This document shows, piece by piece, positions 13,572-24,975 of a stretch of 64,000 nucleotides of DNA. The notes below the pieces were generated by a model that had not been told where the DNA came from, ran no database searches, and saw nothing but the letters and a program-made list of their open reading frames with translations. The stretch lies in NCBI RefSeq assembly GCF_000143415.4, contig NW_003314318.1:959457-1023456 (forward strand). The letters are read 5' to 3'. Every line of letters begins with the position of its first letter. The stretch's first letter is position 1. Both the position numbers and the translations under genes were made by a program. Source of the DNA: Selaginella moellendorffii. Lineage: Eukaryota; Plantae; Lycopodiophyta.

Positions 13572-16463
13572 ATGCGAGGGAAATTGGAGGCGGGCGTCTT
13601 GGAAGCGATCAATCGCCTGGACAATGCCGCGGCGCCCAGCTCCTCCGATCGCTACGCCTCGCTCCTCCGGCAATGTGGCAAGGCGCGGGCGCTCGCGCTG
13701 GGCCGGCGCGTCCACGCAGACATGGCGCGATGGGGCGTTGGGCAGGGCCCTTTTCTCGCGAATTTCCTCATCCAGATGTATGGAAGCTGCGGCAGCATCG
13801 AGGAGGCGTGCGCAGTGTTCGAGAGAATGCCGCACAAGGAGCCACACACCTGGAACTTCATGATCCAGGCATATGCCCAGAACGGGCATCCACAACAGTC
13901 GTGGAAAACTTTCCATGCAATGCAAGGGCGAGGGATTGTGTCGTGGAATCTGCTTATCGCCGCGCTTATCAAGAACAATCTTGTTCACGAAGCAAGACAG
14001 ACGCTTGATCGCATGCCTGCGCGGGACACTGTCTCTTGGAACGCGATTATCACCGCAAATGCCCAAAGCGGGCAAATATTTGAAGCGCGCAGGGTCTTCG
14101 ACGAGACGAGGGACAGGAGTGTCGTAACTTGGAACGTGATGATTCATGCATACGCGCAAGATGGCGATTTGGATCGCGCTAGAGAGATGTTTGAATGGAT
14201 GCCGGAGAAGGACGCAGCGTCATGGAATGGGCTGATCGAGGGGTACGCGCGGAGTGGCAATCTGGAGGAGGCGAGAAAAGTGTTCGACGAAATGCCAGAG
14301 AAATCGACACTGTCATGGAACACCATCATCGCGGCATACGCACAGCGGCAAGGCTACTTGGAGCAAGCCAAGGATCTCTTCGATCGAGCTCCAAATCCGG
14401 ACGCTTTCACCTGGAACACGATGCTCTCGGCGTATGCCGCAAATGGCTACCTTTATGAGGCTTGTAAAATATTCGAGGAGAATCTCATGGGAGATCCGGT
14501 GTCGTGGAACGCTATGGTTGCAGCAAATGCGGAGAATGGGCATCTGGAGGAAGCATGGAGACTCTTCGTTCAGATGCCGAAACGGGACGAGGTGTCGTGG
14601 AACACCGTCGTGTCCGCCTACGGCCAGGACGAGAACATAAGTCACGCAAGAAAAATCTTCAAAAAAATGCCACAGTGGAACACTGTTTCATTCAATGGCT
14701 TCCTCCAAGGCCTGAGCCAGCAGTGTACCAAAGCAGGCGTCACAGCGATGGACGAAACGAAGGAAGTCTTCGCTGCAATGCCCCGCCGGGACGTGATCTC
14801 CTGGACGGTGTTCATGTCCGCCTTCTTCCACTCCCGTGATCCCACCCAAGCCGCCAAGATCTTCGACAAAATGCCGCTAAGAAGCTCCATAACCTTCACC
14901 GCTATGATCACCGGATATGCCCAACTCGAGCATCTGCTGCAAGCTCGCAAAACCTTCGATCAAATGCCTCTCAAGAATACCCACGCCGCCAACGCGATGC
15001 TCCAGGCCTACGCACTAAACGGCCGCATCGCCGACGCCACCGCAGTCTTCGCCACCATCCGTGATCGCGATACCTTCTCCTGGAACCTCCTCATCACCGC
15101 AAATGCCCAGGCCGGGGACGTCGCCCACGCTGAGAAGCTCTTCCACTCCATGCCCCGCCCGGACGTGGTGTCGAGGAACACCATGATCATGGCCTACTCG
15201 CAGCAGCCATCGCTTCTGGATCGAGCTCGCAGCCTCTTCGACTCCACCGCGAGCAAAAACGTCGTAACTTGGAACTGCATGCTCGCTGGGTACGTCGAGC
15301 ACGACCGAGATGGCGACGCTCTTCGCCTGTTCGCGGCGATGGAGCAGCAGCAGAGCTATGGCTGCCGCCCCAACCGCGTCACCTTCGTCATCGCTCTCGA
15401 CGCCTGCGCTCGTCTCGCGGCTCTTACTCAAGGCCAGAGGATCCACTCCACGCTCGCCGCCATAGACAGCGAGCTTGCATCCGACGTAGTGCTCAACACC
15501 GCTCTCATCAATCTCTACGCAAAGTGTGGCCGACTGGAGCAATCAAAATCGGTTTTTGATGCCATGGCGAGGCACGACACCGTCTCCTGGACTGCCATGC
15601 TCGCGGCGTACGCGCAAAACGGGCACCCCGGGGTGGCGGACGAGCTCTTCCTGGTGATGTGCCTCGAAGGAGTCGGGCTCGACGACGTGACGCTCGTCAG
15701 CTTGCTCGTCGCTTGCAGCCATGGCGGAACGCTGCGTCGGGGCCGGGAGAGCTTCCTCCTCGCGAGAGGCGAGTTTGGGATCGTCCCGACGATGGAGCAC
15801 TTCCTCTGCATGGTGGATCTTCTCGGGAGAGCCGGGCAGACGCAGCAGGCCGAGGAGCTCATCCAGACCATGCCTTTCGACACGGACGCCATCGCCATGC
15901 CGTGGATGTCGCTGCTGGCGGCTTGCAAGAGTCACCGGGACGAGGAGCGAGGAGCTCGAGCGGCGGAGAGGCTCTTCGTGCTGGATCCTCACGGTGCAGC
16001 TCCGTATCTCCTCCTGTCGAGCATCTACGCGGCGAGCGGGAAGAAGGACAAGGTGGCCGAGCTGAGGAAGTTGATGGAGCTGCGAGGAGTGAAGAAGGAG
16101 CCCGGTTACAGTTCCATCGAGATTGATGGAGCTCTCCACGTCTTTGTGGCTGGGGACAAGACGCATCCTCTCCAGGATCACATCCACGCCGAGCTCCAGA
16201 TGCTCGAGAGCAAGCTCGGCATCCATGGTGTCCAGGAAGAGATGGTGGCGCACCACAGCGAGAAGCTGGCGATGGCGTTTGGACTGATTGCCACACCTCC
16301 CAGAACTCCGCTGCTGGTGACCAAAAACCTCAGAGTTTGCGTCGAGTGTCACACCACGATCAAGCTCGTCTCGAGGATCGTTGGGAGGAGGATTGTTGTG
16401 CGGGACAGCGCGAGGTTTCATCACTGCGAGGATGGTGTTTGCTCCTGTGGTGACTACTGGTGA
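13572..16463 (+). CDS. PLS-class pentatricopeptide repeat protein with E and DYW domains (organellar C-to-U editing factor type), intronless, 963 aa
   Basis: Many tandem ~31-aa motifs (SWNxxIxxYAQ), PG box KKEPGYSSIE, HSEKLA and CVECH zinc ligands, and terminal CSCGDYW. Confidence 0.97.
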   Translation: MRGKLEAGVLEAINRLDNAAAPSSSDRYASLLRQCGKARALALGRRVHADMARWGVGQGPFLANFLIQMYGSCGSIEEACAVFERMPHKEPHTWNFMIQAYAQNGHPQQSWKTFHAMQGRGIVSWNLLIAALIKNNLVHEARQTLDRMPARDTVSWNAIITANAQSGQIFEARRVFDETRDRSVVTWNVMIHAYAQDGDLDRAREMFEWMPEKDAASWNGLIEGYARSGNLEEARKVFDEMPEKSTLSWNTIIAAYAQRQGYLEQAKDLFDRAPNPDAFTWNTMLSAYAANGYLYEACKIFEENLMGDPVSWNAMVAANAENGHLEEAWRLFVQMPKRDEVSWNTVVSAYGQDENISHARKIFKKMPQWNTVSFNGFLQGLSQQCTKAGVTAMDETKEVFAAMPRRDVISWTVFMSAFFHSRDPTQAAKIFDKMPLRSSITFTAMITGYAQLEHLLQARKTFDQMPLKNTHAANAMLQAYALNGRIADATAVFATIRDRDTFSWNLLITANAQAGDVAHAEKLFHSMPRPDVVSRNTMIMAYSQQPSLLDRARSLFDSTASKNVVTWNCMLAGYVEHDRDGDALRLFAAMEQQQSYGCRPNRVTFVIALDACARLAALTQGQRIHSTLAAIDSELASDVVLNTALINLYAKCGRLEQSKSVFDAMARHDTVSWTAMLAAYAQNGHPGVADELFLVMCLEGVGLDDVTLVSLLVACSHGGTLRRGRESFLLARGEFGIVPTMEHFLCMVDLLGRAGQTQQAEELIQTMPFDTDAIAMPWMSLLAACKSHRDEERGARAAERLFVLDPHGAAPYLLLSSIYAASGKKDKVAELRKLMELRGVKKEPGYSSIEIDGALHVFVAGDKTHPLQDHIHAELQMLESKLGIHGVQEEMVAHHSEKLAMAFGLIATPPRTPLLVTKNLRVCVECHTTIKLVSRIVGRRIVVRDSARFHHCEDGVCSCGDYW

Positions 16464-16552
16464 TCGAGTTCTCTTTTGTTTATCGGAGCATGGAAAAGAA
16501 ACGTCGATTTAGAGACTGACAAGGAAAGATGGATCGAAGGTACCTCTTCCAC

Positions 16553-17392
16553 TTATGTGTTCTTGATGGCTTTGCCTGGAGATTTGGAAGAAACTCCAAG
16601 GCTCGAGAACTTGACTGGACCAGGGCCTTGCACAGCTTTCAAGCCTCCCACGGATGCTGATGCGATCTGGAGAGAGAAACGTAAAGGAAAGAAGTTTTTT
16701 CAATCGATCGACGCTGTTCTTGATCTTACCTTCTTCTCGAGATTGTAGATGCCTTGCCACCCACGCATTTGGAATGGGATCACCAGCTTCTGGAAGTGGT
16801 AAAACCATGAGCCATGAACAGGAAAGAAGCATAAAAGAGGAAGAAAAATCCGTTAAGTACTCACTTGGGGATCTTCACAGAGCCAGCAGTACTCACTCAG
16901 CGCCTCCATGCGTATCTGTACAGTCGAAAGAGAAAAACTAAGCTTCAATCGAGAAAAAGCTACTCTCTTACACTTTGAGGAAGTTCTTCGCGGCTGACGA
17001 GCTTTTCGAGCTTCACACAATCCACCACATTGACGCAACCTGGACAGTTCTTGTCAAGAAGTTCTAACGATCTTTTCGTTGCTCACCGAGCAACACCGAC
17101 GTTGGATAAAACTCGGGAAATTTGATGTCTTTGATCCCTTGTGCAGCGTAAACCTCAGTGTAGAAGTGCTCCAGCTCTCGAATTGTCTCTGCCTCGGGCA
17201 CCTTTGCCGCTGCGTGGATCCACAAGCGGCCTAGGAAATTCAAGAGAGAGTTTGGCAGAAATTCAAGAGCAATTGGCGCTCACCGCGCACCGAGGAGCTC
17301 CAAGATCGGCCTTCGATCCTCTTGATCCCATGGACGAGCAGCGACGCCCAAGGCTGATGCATTGTCAGGCACACCTCCTTCTTGTCCGCCAT
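16553..17392 (-). CDS. ASCH (ASC-1 homology, PUA-like) domain protein, multi-exon
   Basis: CLTMHQPWASLLVHGIKRIEGRSW / GRLWIHAAAK / YPTSVLLGCV / WLCEDPQ / RGWQGIYNL. Confidence 0.9.
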
Positions 17393-17934
17393 TTCTCGCC
17401 CAAAATCTAGGTCTAAGAATCCTGTGAGCATATTCTTTTAGCATCTCTTGGTATATTCTTTTCAAGAAATGCTGGTTTTTAATGAACCCTAGTTGCGGCT
17501 AGGGTTCTTGGGGTTTTGGGGAAAGCATTTCTTCGTTGAGTTGTGGCCGGCATCGATCTCATTGCCGGCCACAAATTCTAGAATGCGAGAATGGTTCCAT
17601 GGCCTTGTGATCACTGCCGATTCGATTGCGCCAATCTCCAGTGCCCCACGAGGCCGATAATCGATTCACAGCTTCAAAGGATTCTAATCGGCGAAATTTC
17701 TCTCTTGACACGAGCGCTGCGCTGGTATGTGTACTTGCTTTGTTCTTGGAAATTTCTGCCGAGAGGAACTTGGGCCAGGCTAAGTTGGGGTCTCGTCTCT
17801 GTGGCGTGTGCCTTTATTTGCTTTGGAATTCTCCTCTTTCTTTTTGTAGTTTTTACGCATACTAGTCAGGCTGTTGCCAAGGAAAAAAAGTCTTCTACGA
17901 TGGTTCTCAGCCGTTACACGTATGGAAGATTGAT

Positions 17935-18063
17935 CTGGTGAGTTCTCGCTGTGGAGCTCTGTGGTTTTCACTTGGCTTTTCATGCGAGGTCTCTCTCAGA
18001 GGATTTAATCGTAGCTCCTTGTGACTTGTTACGTTCATCGAGCTCCATTCGAATCCAACAGCA
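17935..18063 (+). ncRNA. Candidate box H/ACA snoRNA
   Basis: Hairpin, then AGAGGA (ANANNA, 17998-18003), then a second hairpin, then ACA at 18058-18060. The 3' pocket TCGT.../TCCATTC matches 25S GAAUGGA-U-U-A-ACGA, 14 nt from ACA. It lies just upstream of two C/D snoRNAs. The H box overlaps the stems, which lowers confidence. Confidence 0.5.
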
Positions 18064-18083
18064 GCGAGTGATGCTTTTCGATC

Positions 18084-18162
18084 GGCCTGTGATGACATCT
18101 TAATACTTGCTACTCTTGATTGCTTAGATGATGACGCTTTGTCCACCAAGATCTCTGAGGCC
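18084..18162 (+). ncRNA. U24: Box C/D snoRNA U24
   Basis: GGCC terminal stem, C box GTGATGA and D box CTGA. Guides CCACCAAGATCT and AATACTTGCTACT complement 25S AGAUCUUGGUGG / AGUAGCAAAUAUU. The D+5 rule gives the yeast Cm1437 and Am1449 equivalents. Confidence 0.92.
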
Positions 18163-18213
18163 TTGTTTTGTGATTCTTGGTCCAATTTTGTCCAGGTTTT
18201 TTTCGCAGCTCGA

Positions 18214-18304
18214 AGTGCAGATGATGATTCAATCGTCTAGATAGGGACAGCTGAAAATCTCTTTCGTGCTGATCACTTAAAAATGGGAATCTCTCTGATG
18301 CACT
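18214..18304 (+). ncRNA. snoR44: Box C/D snoRNA, snoR44 type (dual guide for the U74/U79 sites)
   Basis: AGTGCA/TGCACT stem and C box ATGATGA. The D' guide AGATAGGGACAG and D guide TGGGAATCTC complement 25S GAGAUUCCCACUGUCCCUAUCU. D+5 gives an A and a C 11 nt apart (yeast C2337-equivalent region). Confidence 0.9.
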
Positions 18305-18472
18305 GCTGCTATTGTTGCCCATGTTGCCCAATTAGCAAATACCGTTTTAATTGTCAATAGCTTTACTGCATATTTAAAAGGTTAAAAATGGATATAGTAT
18401 TTTAAATATATTCATACTTTAACTTTTTAAAGTAGTATTTTGTTCTTTTTTCACTTTAGAATATATTAGTGA

Positions 18473-20730
18473 TATGGTCTATATTCTATATATATATATA
18501 TAACTTTAGTTAAGTAATATATTAATTATAGTATCATAGCATATATATTGTTCATTTGGGATTGAATCTGGTCAATTTATTTTTGTATATAAGCAAGGGT
18601 GTAAACTCTAATTAATATATTTATTTCTATATCCTGATCACTTAAATTGGTGGAAGTAAAGGGTATTGCAATTTGTCTTTGAAGGGCAAAGCATTTTATG
18701 CTTTGCTTTAGTGGTTAGTATTATGCTTTTTTATTCTTATTTCTTCATTTTCTTTTAGATCTAAATCTGTATTAGTTTTTTCACAAGATTTAGAATTTCA
18801 ACTATCGTTGTGCTCTTTTTCTTTTGATCTTTATTGCATTCTTTTTTTCTACCATGCCATGCCATCATCAATCAAGGAGTATATCACTTGAGGTTGCTAA
18901 TGCTATTCTGTTGGATCGAATTTTTGGTGCTGTGGGGTGTGATTATATTGGTGTTGCACCCATCCTTGGTGTGTTGTTATCTCCAGCTTTTGTGGGACAG
19001 CTTGTCCTATTCTCAGCGTTCTATCCATATCTCTTATTGATATAGAATGTGATCATGATATTAATTGGCAAGCTATAGATGATGTGAAAAGAGTGGCAGC
19101 AGTGGCAGCTTTTGTTGGTTCATCAAGTAAGTGCTCCTCAAAGTTGATAAGTCTCATTTTGTGCCTCTTTTGTGCTGTGCTATTTGTGATTTTGGTACAA
19201 AATCTGTGCAAAGGGATCTAGAGATACATTTCATTGCAGGAAGAACAAAAAAAACAAAGAAAAAAGAAAAGAATAACAAAAACCAAAGCTTGGTCACCAA
19301 AAGACGAAGTCTTAGAGAATGTTTGAGGATCAAGTTTATAGCAAAACGATGTGTACAAGTTTGAGTGGATTTCAATCGATCATTTGTGACTTTCATGATT
19401 CTCATTCTCAGTCCAGTGTTGAGTTGAGTGTTTTCTATCTTCCTCATACTAAGCTAAATGTTGAGTGTATCTATGAAATTGAGAATCTTGCTTTTGTTTC
19501 ATTGGCAAAGTCTTTGATTAGTTTTGGTGTTGAGTATTCCCCTGTTACAAGGGTTGAGTCACTTTGGCCAGAGTTTCGGATTGAATATATGTCCCCATTT
19601 GGGAGTGCCGTTAAGAGCCTTTGCTTTACTATTGTTGCTAAGGAATTTATATATTTACTTTACTATTGTTGCTAAGGAATTTATATATTCCCTTGAGAGT
19701 GTGGATGTTATTGTTAATTTTTCTGTCTCAAGTGTTGAATTATGTGTTGAGGAAGTTGAGTGGTGTGAATCTTTTGCTTATATTGTGGTGGCCGAAGTAT
19801 TTTATGATAAGAAGTCTTTTATTTTCCAAACTTTAAGCACAGGTTCTTATGATTTCCCCATTTCTGCATTGTCAATTGCTGTAAATTCCTCTTTCAATGT
19901 TTTTTTATCCTTTTTTTCACAATTATTTTTCTTCGATTTTTCTCATTTTCTCCTTTTTGCCCTGACACTTCAAACTTCTTTTTCTTCGAAGGAGGGGGTA
20001 AAGGGGATGGACAGGAGTCCGGCCCTGATGATGGAGTGAGGACGAGCGAATATAGTAGTGGAGCAATGACAAACAACATGGATTGTGGAGTGAAAACAAG
20101 CATAACAAATCCGAACGGAACATTCAGCCCCGATATAGTGAGGCTGAACAGATGCAATAGTGGAGTGAGGCTAAAGATAGATAGTAAAGTGAGGATGAGC
20201 ACAACGAGTTCAAATGGAGCCAATGCTTCAAAACTTTTTTTCCTTCGAGGAGGGGATAAGGAGAATATGGAAGACAAACAGAGTGAGTCCAACTTTTTTA
20301 GTTCAAAGTTATAGTTGCATGGTTAGTTTGAGCATTTAGGAGCTATATATAGAATTGCAACTAGTTCATCGAGGTTCTGTAATCGGCTAATGCTTATACC
20401 ATGGTTTTGGATTTTATTTCAATCATAGTTATTAGCAATTTTGTTGGTGGTTTTGTGGGAGTTTCAGATTCTTGTGGTAGTTTATAATCCTCCAACAAAA
20501 GCTCCAAATGTTCCACTTGATTTATTATCATCACCTTTTCATCTTCTGGAGAGGAGGATGGTATAAGGTTTGTAAATACATTTATTACCCTAGTTAAGTA
20601 ATACATTAATTATAGTTTTATAGTATATGGACCATTCGTTTAGGATTAAATTTGGTCCATCCATTCATGTATATAAGCAGGGGTCTAAACCCCAATTAAT
20701 ATACCTATTTTTATATCTCGAGCACTCACA
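18473..20730 (+). mobile_element. Degenerate non-autonomous LTR retroelement (~165-bp LTRs, ~1.9 kb internal region)
   Basis: Diverged direct repeats at ~18473-18646 and ~20562-20730. PBS-like TGGTGGA follows LTR1 (18648) and polypurine GGAGAGGAGGA precedes LTR2 (20548). No intact ORFs. Confidence 0.7.
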
Positions 20731-20860
20731 CACACACACACATATATATAAGAGATTATGAACATTTGGCACCATATAGATCCATTGATTCCTCCTCATG
20801 ATGTTCCTTTAGATCCTGGCCTATCCACAAGAGAACCCTGATTGTTTACATCATTCCGAC

Positions 20861-21039
20861 AGGAGGGGATGATATGAGGTCTAAGTATACAGCTAAAATG
20901 CCATATATTAATATTAGCATAGTGGGATTTTAGTAGCTGTCAAATTGATTTCACTAGACCACTCACTCCTATATATACACTAGGGTTTTTGGGCTAGTGT
21001 ATATATAGGAATGAGTGATCTAGATTGAAATCAATTTGA
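20861..21039. repeat. PPT plus truncated + strand LTR folded into a ~100-bp palindrome
   Basis: AGGAGGGGA is followed by TATGAGGTCTAAG... 20940-20983 is inverted at 20994-21039. The sequence is homologous in inverted orientation to 24860-24975. Confidence 0.7.
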
Positions 21040-24000
21040 TCCCAATCTGAATGTTAAAAGTTTATGTACTTCACAATTATCTTTTTGAAGGTCTGAACGA
21101 ACCATTCCACCAAATCATCTGACTATGGATTATAAACACTCATGAAAGTGTGGTGTATCCCCAAGTGAGACGTCAAAATGTGAAATGCCTCAACCATAAA
21201 TATGGGATTATAATTTGAAAGAATTTGCTTCGGAAAGAAATGCTAAAACAGTATGCGATTGAGGAGGAAGTATTCAACAACAATTATAAATGTATTAGCA
21301 AGAGCATCAACTTCCACCTAACAAGTCAAATTGTCAGAAATAATAATGACATATGCATTGTCAATAATTGATCATGGAAAAGGCTTAATTAAATCAAATG
21401 CCACTAACTCAAACAAATGGGAAATTGCAAGTAACTCTAATCGTCCTTTTGTAACACAAGGGGGAGTATTATAAACTTGGCACCAAACACAACTACTCAT
21501 ATACTGGATAATATCATATCACATCTTTGGCCAATAGAAAGACTTACACATTTTCTCAGTCACACAACAATATCCCATATACTTGTCTAAAATAGGAGAA
21601 TCATGGTAACTGTGGAAAAAGTGTAAAATAAAGATTAAATGCACCACTAGCCATAAATGACTATCAGCATCCATCCCCACAAAATAAAGAAGACTGTACT
21701 TAAGGCAATATTAAGAATATAAATGCCAAAATGGCAAGTTATTATTAAGTGATATATGATTCTTAAACCTATTGCGAAGCTTTCACATCCATAGCTCAAT
21801 CTTTTGAGCCTCACAAACCTTGTCAAAAGAAGGTAAATTTTGTTTTGCATCTTGTGGATACTGAACATCAAGTATAATAACTGCCGATGGCACGAAATCC
21901 TTATCCAAAAAATCCATAGACACTAAAATAGCAAGCTTGTAAAAAATATGAAAAAAGAGCAAAGAAGGAAGACTTGAGAAAGGGCATTAGTATCAATTAT
22001 AAAACTTCTCGAGCGATGAACAACATCAAAATCATATATCTAAAACTTCAAAACCCACCAAGCAATATAACCAACAAAGTTTTTTAGCTTCAATTAATGA
22101 AGTAATTACAACATGATCACCTTTAGTAATGTTTGAGAACCTAAATATGCATAAAGTATTTTAAAACCCCGAATTGCTATTAAACACTCGTTCTTTGTCA
22201 TGGAGTAGTTCACCTCCACTGGTTGTAATTTACAGCTAATATATGTAATGAGATGGCATTGACTAGGCACACTCAAACTCTCTTGCATCAACACACCTTC
22301 AAAATTAATATTAGAAACATTCATAAACAAAATGAAAGGTCAAGTGTAATTAAGATATACTAAAACCGGAGGAGTCATCAATAGCTCTTTGAGATATATA
22401 AATGCCCATTCATAATCCACAGACTAAATGAAAGTGGCATTGATGAATTTAGCTATGCTTGTAATGGTGCAATGCAATAAAAAATATGATTAACAAAACG
22501 ATCAAGATATTGCACTTTGCCAAGAAACACTATACATCATTCACACACTTCAAAATAGAGAACTTTAAAATAACCACAAATTTGTTAAAATCAACTTGCA
22601 AACCTTTACAAGAAATATGATACCCAAAATAAGTTGTGTTTTTGGACCTAAATATACATTTCAACTGCTTTAGCTTTAAACCAACTTCCTATAACCGACC
22701 TAACACCTTATGAACATCATGGACGTTNNNNNNNNNNNNNNNNNNNNNNNNNNNNNNNNNNNNNNNNNNNNNNNNNNNNNNNNNNNNNNNNNNNNNNNNN
22801 NNNNNNNNNNNNNNNNNNNNNNNNNNNGCAAATAGCATCACCAAAAATTTGTATAAACAAAGTAATGTACAAAATGCAATTTTATGAATATCTTCCTCGA
22901 CCATAGGAAGAAGGTACACATTTAGGATTGTAATTTCATTTAACAAATGATAATCGATGCAAAAACAAATACTCTTATTATGCTTTATCACAAGATGAAG
23001 GTCATATGCCTAAGGACTTTTTGACTTTTGAATAACACTTTTTCCAACATCTCTTTAATATTTACACATAAAATCTTGATCTCTTTTGATGACTAACAGC
23101 AAATAAAAACCTTGATTACACAAGCATTCCCAGTTAGAATAGGATAACATATTGCAATCTTGGCCCCAAATGATAAGTCAAATTCAAAGAGATCGATATA
23201 CTCTTTCATGATACTGTAAATTACTACAACACAAAGACCATCAAAGGGATTTGAAGAGGGGAATAGAGGAATAAGACGGAAATATAAGAGAAAGTAATGG
23301 AGAGACAAAAGTGATAGAAATAAATATAGAAGTAAAAGGATAAAAAAAAACAGAAGTAAAAAGAATGGAAGAAATATAAATAAATATGAAACAAGGGGGA
23401 GAAGCCTCAAATCACACTTGACATAATTGCGCCATAACCAATCAATACCAAGGATAAGGTCAAAAGCTTGACTCAACACCATCTGTAACAATTGCAACTC
23501 GAGCTCAAGATCACCCACATGCAAAACTAAGTTTGCCTCATCTTATACACATACATGCATATAGCCATTGCCATAAAAAATGAAAACTAAGATGCAAATG
23601 TAAATGGTAATGTGTGGTAATAGGTTGAACAATAAAAGATAAATTTGAGCCTAGGAGACCTCTTCTTATAAAAATAAGCTTAGAAAGTAAACACTAGATG
23701 AATTGGTGTCAAATGAACCTTTTGATGATACTCCTAAAAGAAAGATGAAAGAGTTATTGATTTATTTGCAAAAGAACCCTCCATTACTTACATAACTCCT
23801 TATTTTCTAGAAGCATCTTATTGTTTAGACTTTCCACTACAACTACACCAATAGAATATTATTGATGCCAAAGTTTCCACCCAAGAAATGGAAGTTGTCA
23901 CCAACAACACCAATAAGTATAATTAACTTCATCACACGCCAGGTCCTCACCCTTATTTTTGAACTTAGGCAATAATAATATCAATCTCCATTAAAACAGG

Positions 24001-24975
24001 ATCATCTCCCATAGGAAGTGGGGTTGAAGGACATGTAATAAAAAGTGAAAGAAGCAATGTCTCATAATGTTGTGTTAAGCGAAGAGTATCGTCAAAGGTG
24101 GCGAGAACAAGTACATACACAAATTCTTATAAGATTTTGACAAAATTCTAGCCACAACATTCCTAATTTAATCCAACTCCGATATATTTAGCTCAACATA
24201 GAGCAAAAGGCTTTAGAAACAAACACCAAATTACACCACTAACTTGATGCAATTGTTGGAAAGCATTATCACAATCGTCAACATATCCAAATATATGTTT
24301 TAAGATATTTGGGAGAATGCTCTAATCCTCACAAATGGCTACATTTAAGCCATTGTACCACTACAGCACCGTCATTTGGAAACATGTGGGAAACTCATGT
24401 AAACACCAAATATCATACTAAGAATGATATATGGCAATCATCGTGAAGTGATCAAATTAATGGTACACATCATCCCTAAGATTCATAGAAAAAACTGGAT
24501 ACAAAGATTGGCAACAAGAGTAGGAAGAGGTATATTACATTTTGTGAATACCACTATTAATTAAGCCTAATTGTTCAATTATAACCATATAACATCAAGC
24601 AATTGCATCAACTCCTTCTCCAAAGTTAAAGGAAGAGGAAACTATTACTCTGCCATAAAAATAAATGAAAAGGAAAAAAACAAAAGAGAATAAATCGAAA
24701 AAGCTATAAGGAAAGGGAGATTTAGATAATTCAAAGGCTAGATCTAAACAAAAATCCCAAATTCAAGCACTCCTCATGTACAATAAAAAACTGCTCCTCA
24801 TCTCCACCAATGTAAGTGCATGGAATATAGAAAGATAATATAGAAATATGCATATCAATTAACCCAAAACTTTAGTTTATATGGCAGTCTGGATTGAAAC
24901 CAATCCAACAATTACCAAAATTCTACTACACTAGTATTAGTATGTGGCATTGTAACCATACACTTGGACCTCACT
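21040..24975 (-). mobile_element. Decayed Ty3/gypsy LTR retrotransposon (5' LTR-PBS-gag-PR-RT-RH-IN); contains an assembly gap at 22728-22827
   Basis: RT remnant CFCIDYHLLNEIT..YLLP..IHKIAF..YKFLVMLF. RNase H remnant LMQE..ITYISCKLQPVEVNYSMTKNECLIAI. Integrase remnants HDSP and YNP*SDDLVEWFVQT. The RT-RH-IN order is gypsy-type. LTR at 24811-24975 followed by TGGTGGAG PBS. Confidence 0.85.

Noticed and set aside
13309-16424. Numerous long alternative-frame and antisense ORFs over the PPR gene (also over 44.8-46.3 kb)
   Set aside because: These are shadow ORFs caused by high GC3 codon usage and have no domain signal.
22728-22827. 100-N run (also 26326-26425)
   Set aside because: Assembly gap placeholders, so ORFs spanning them are artefacts.
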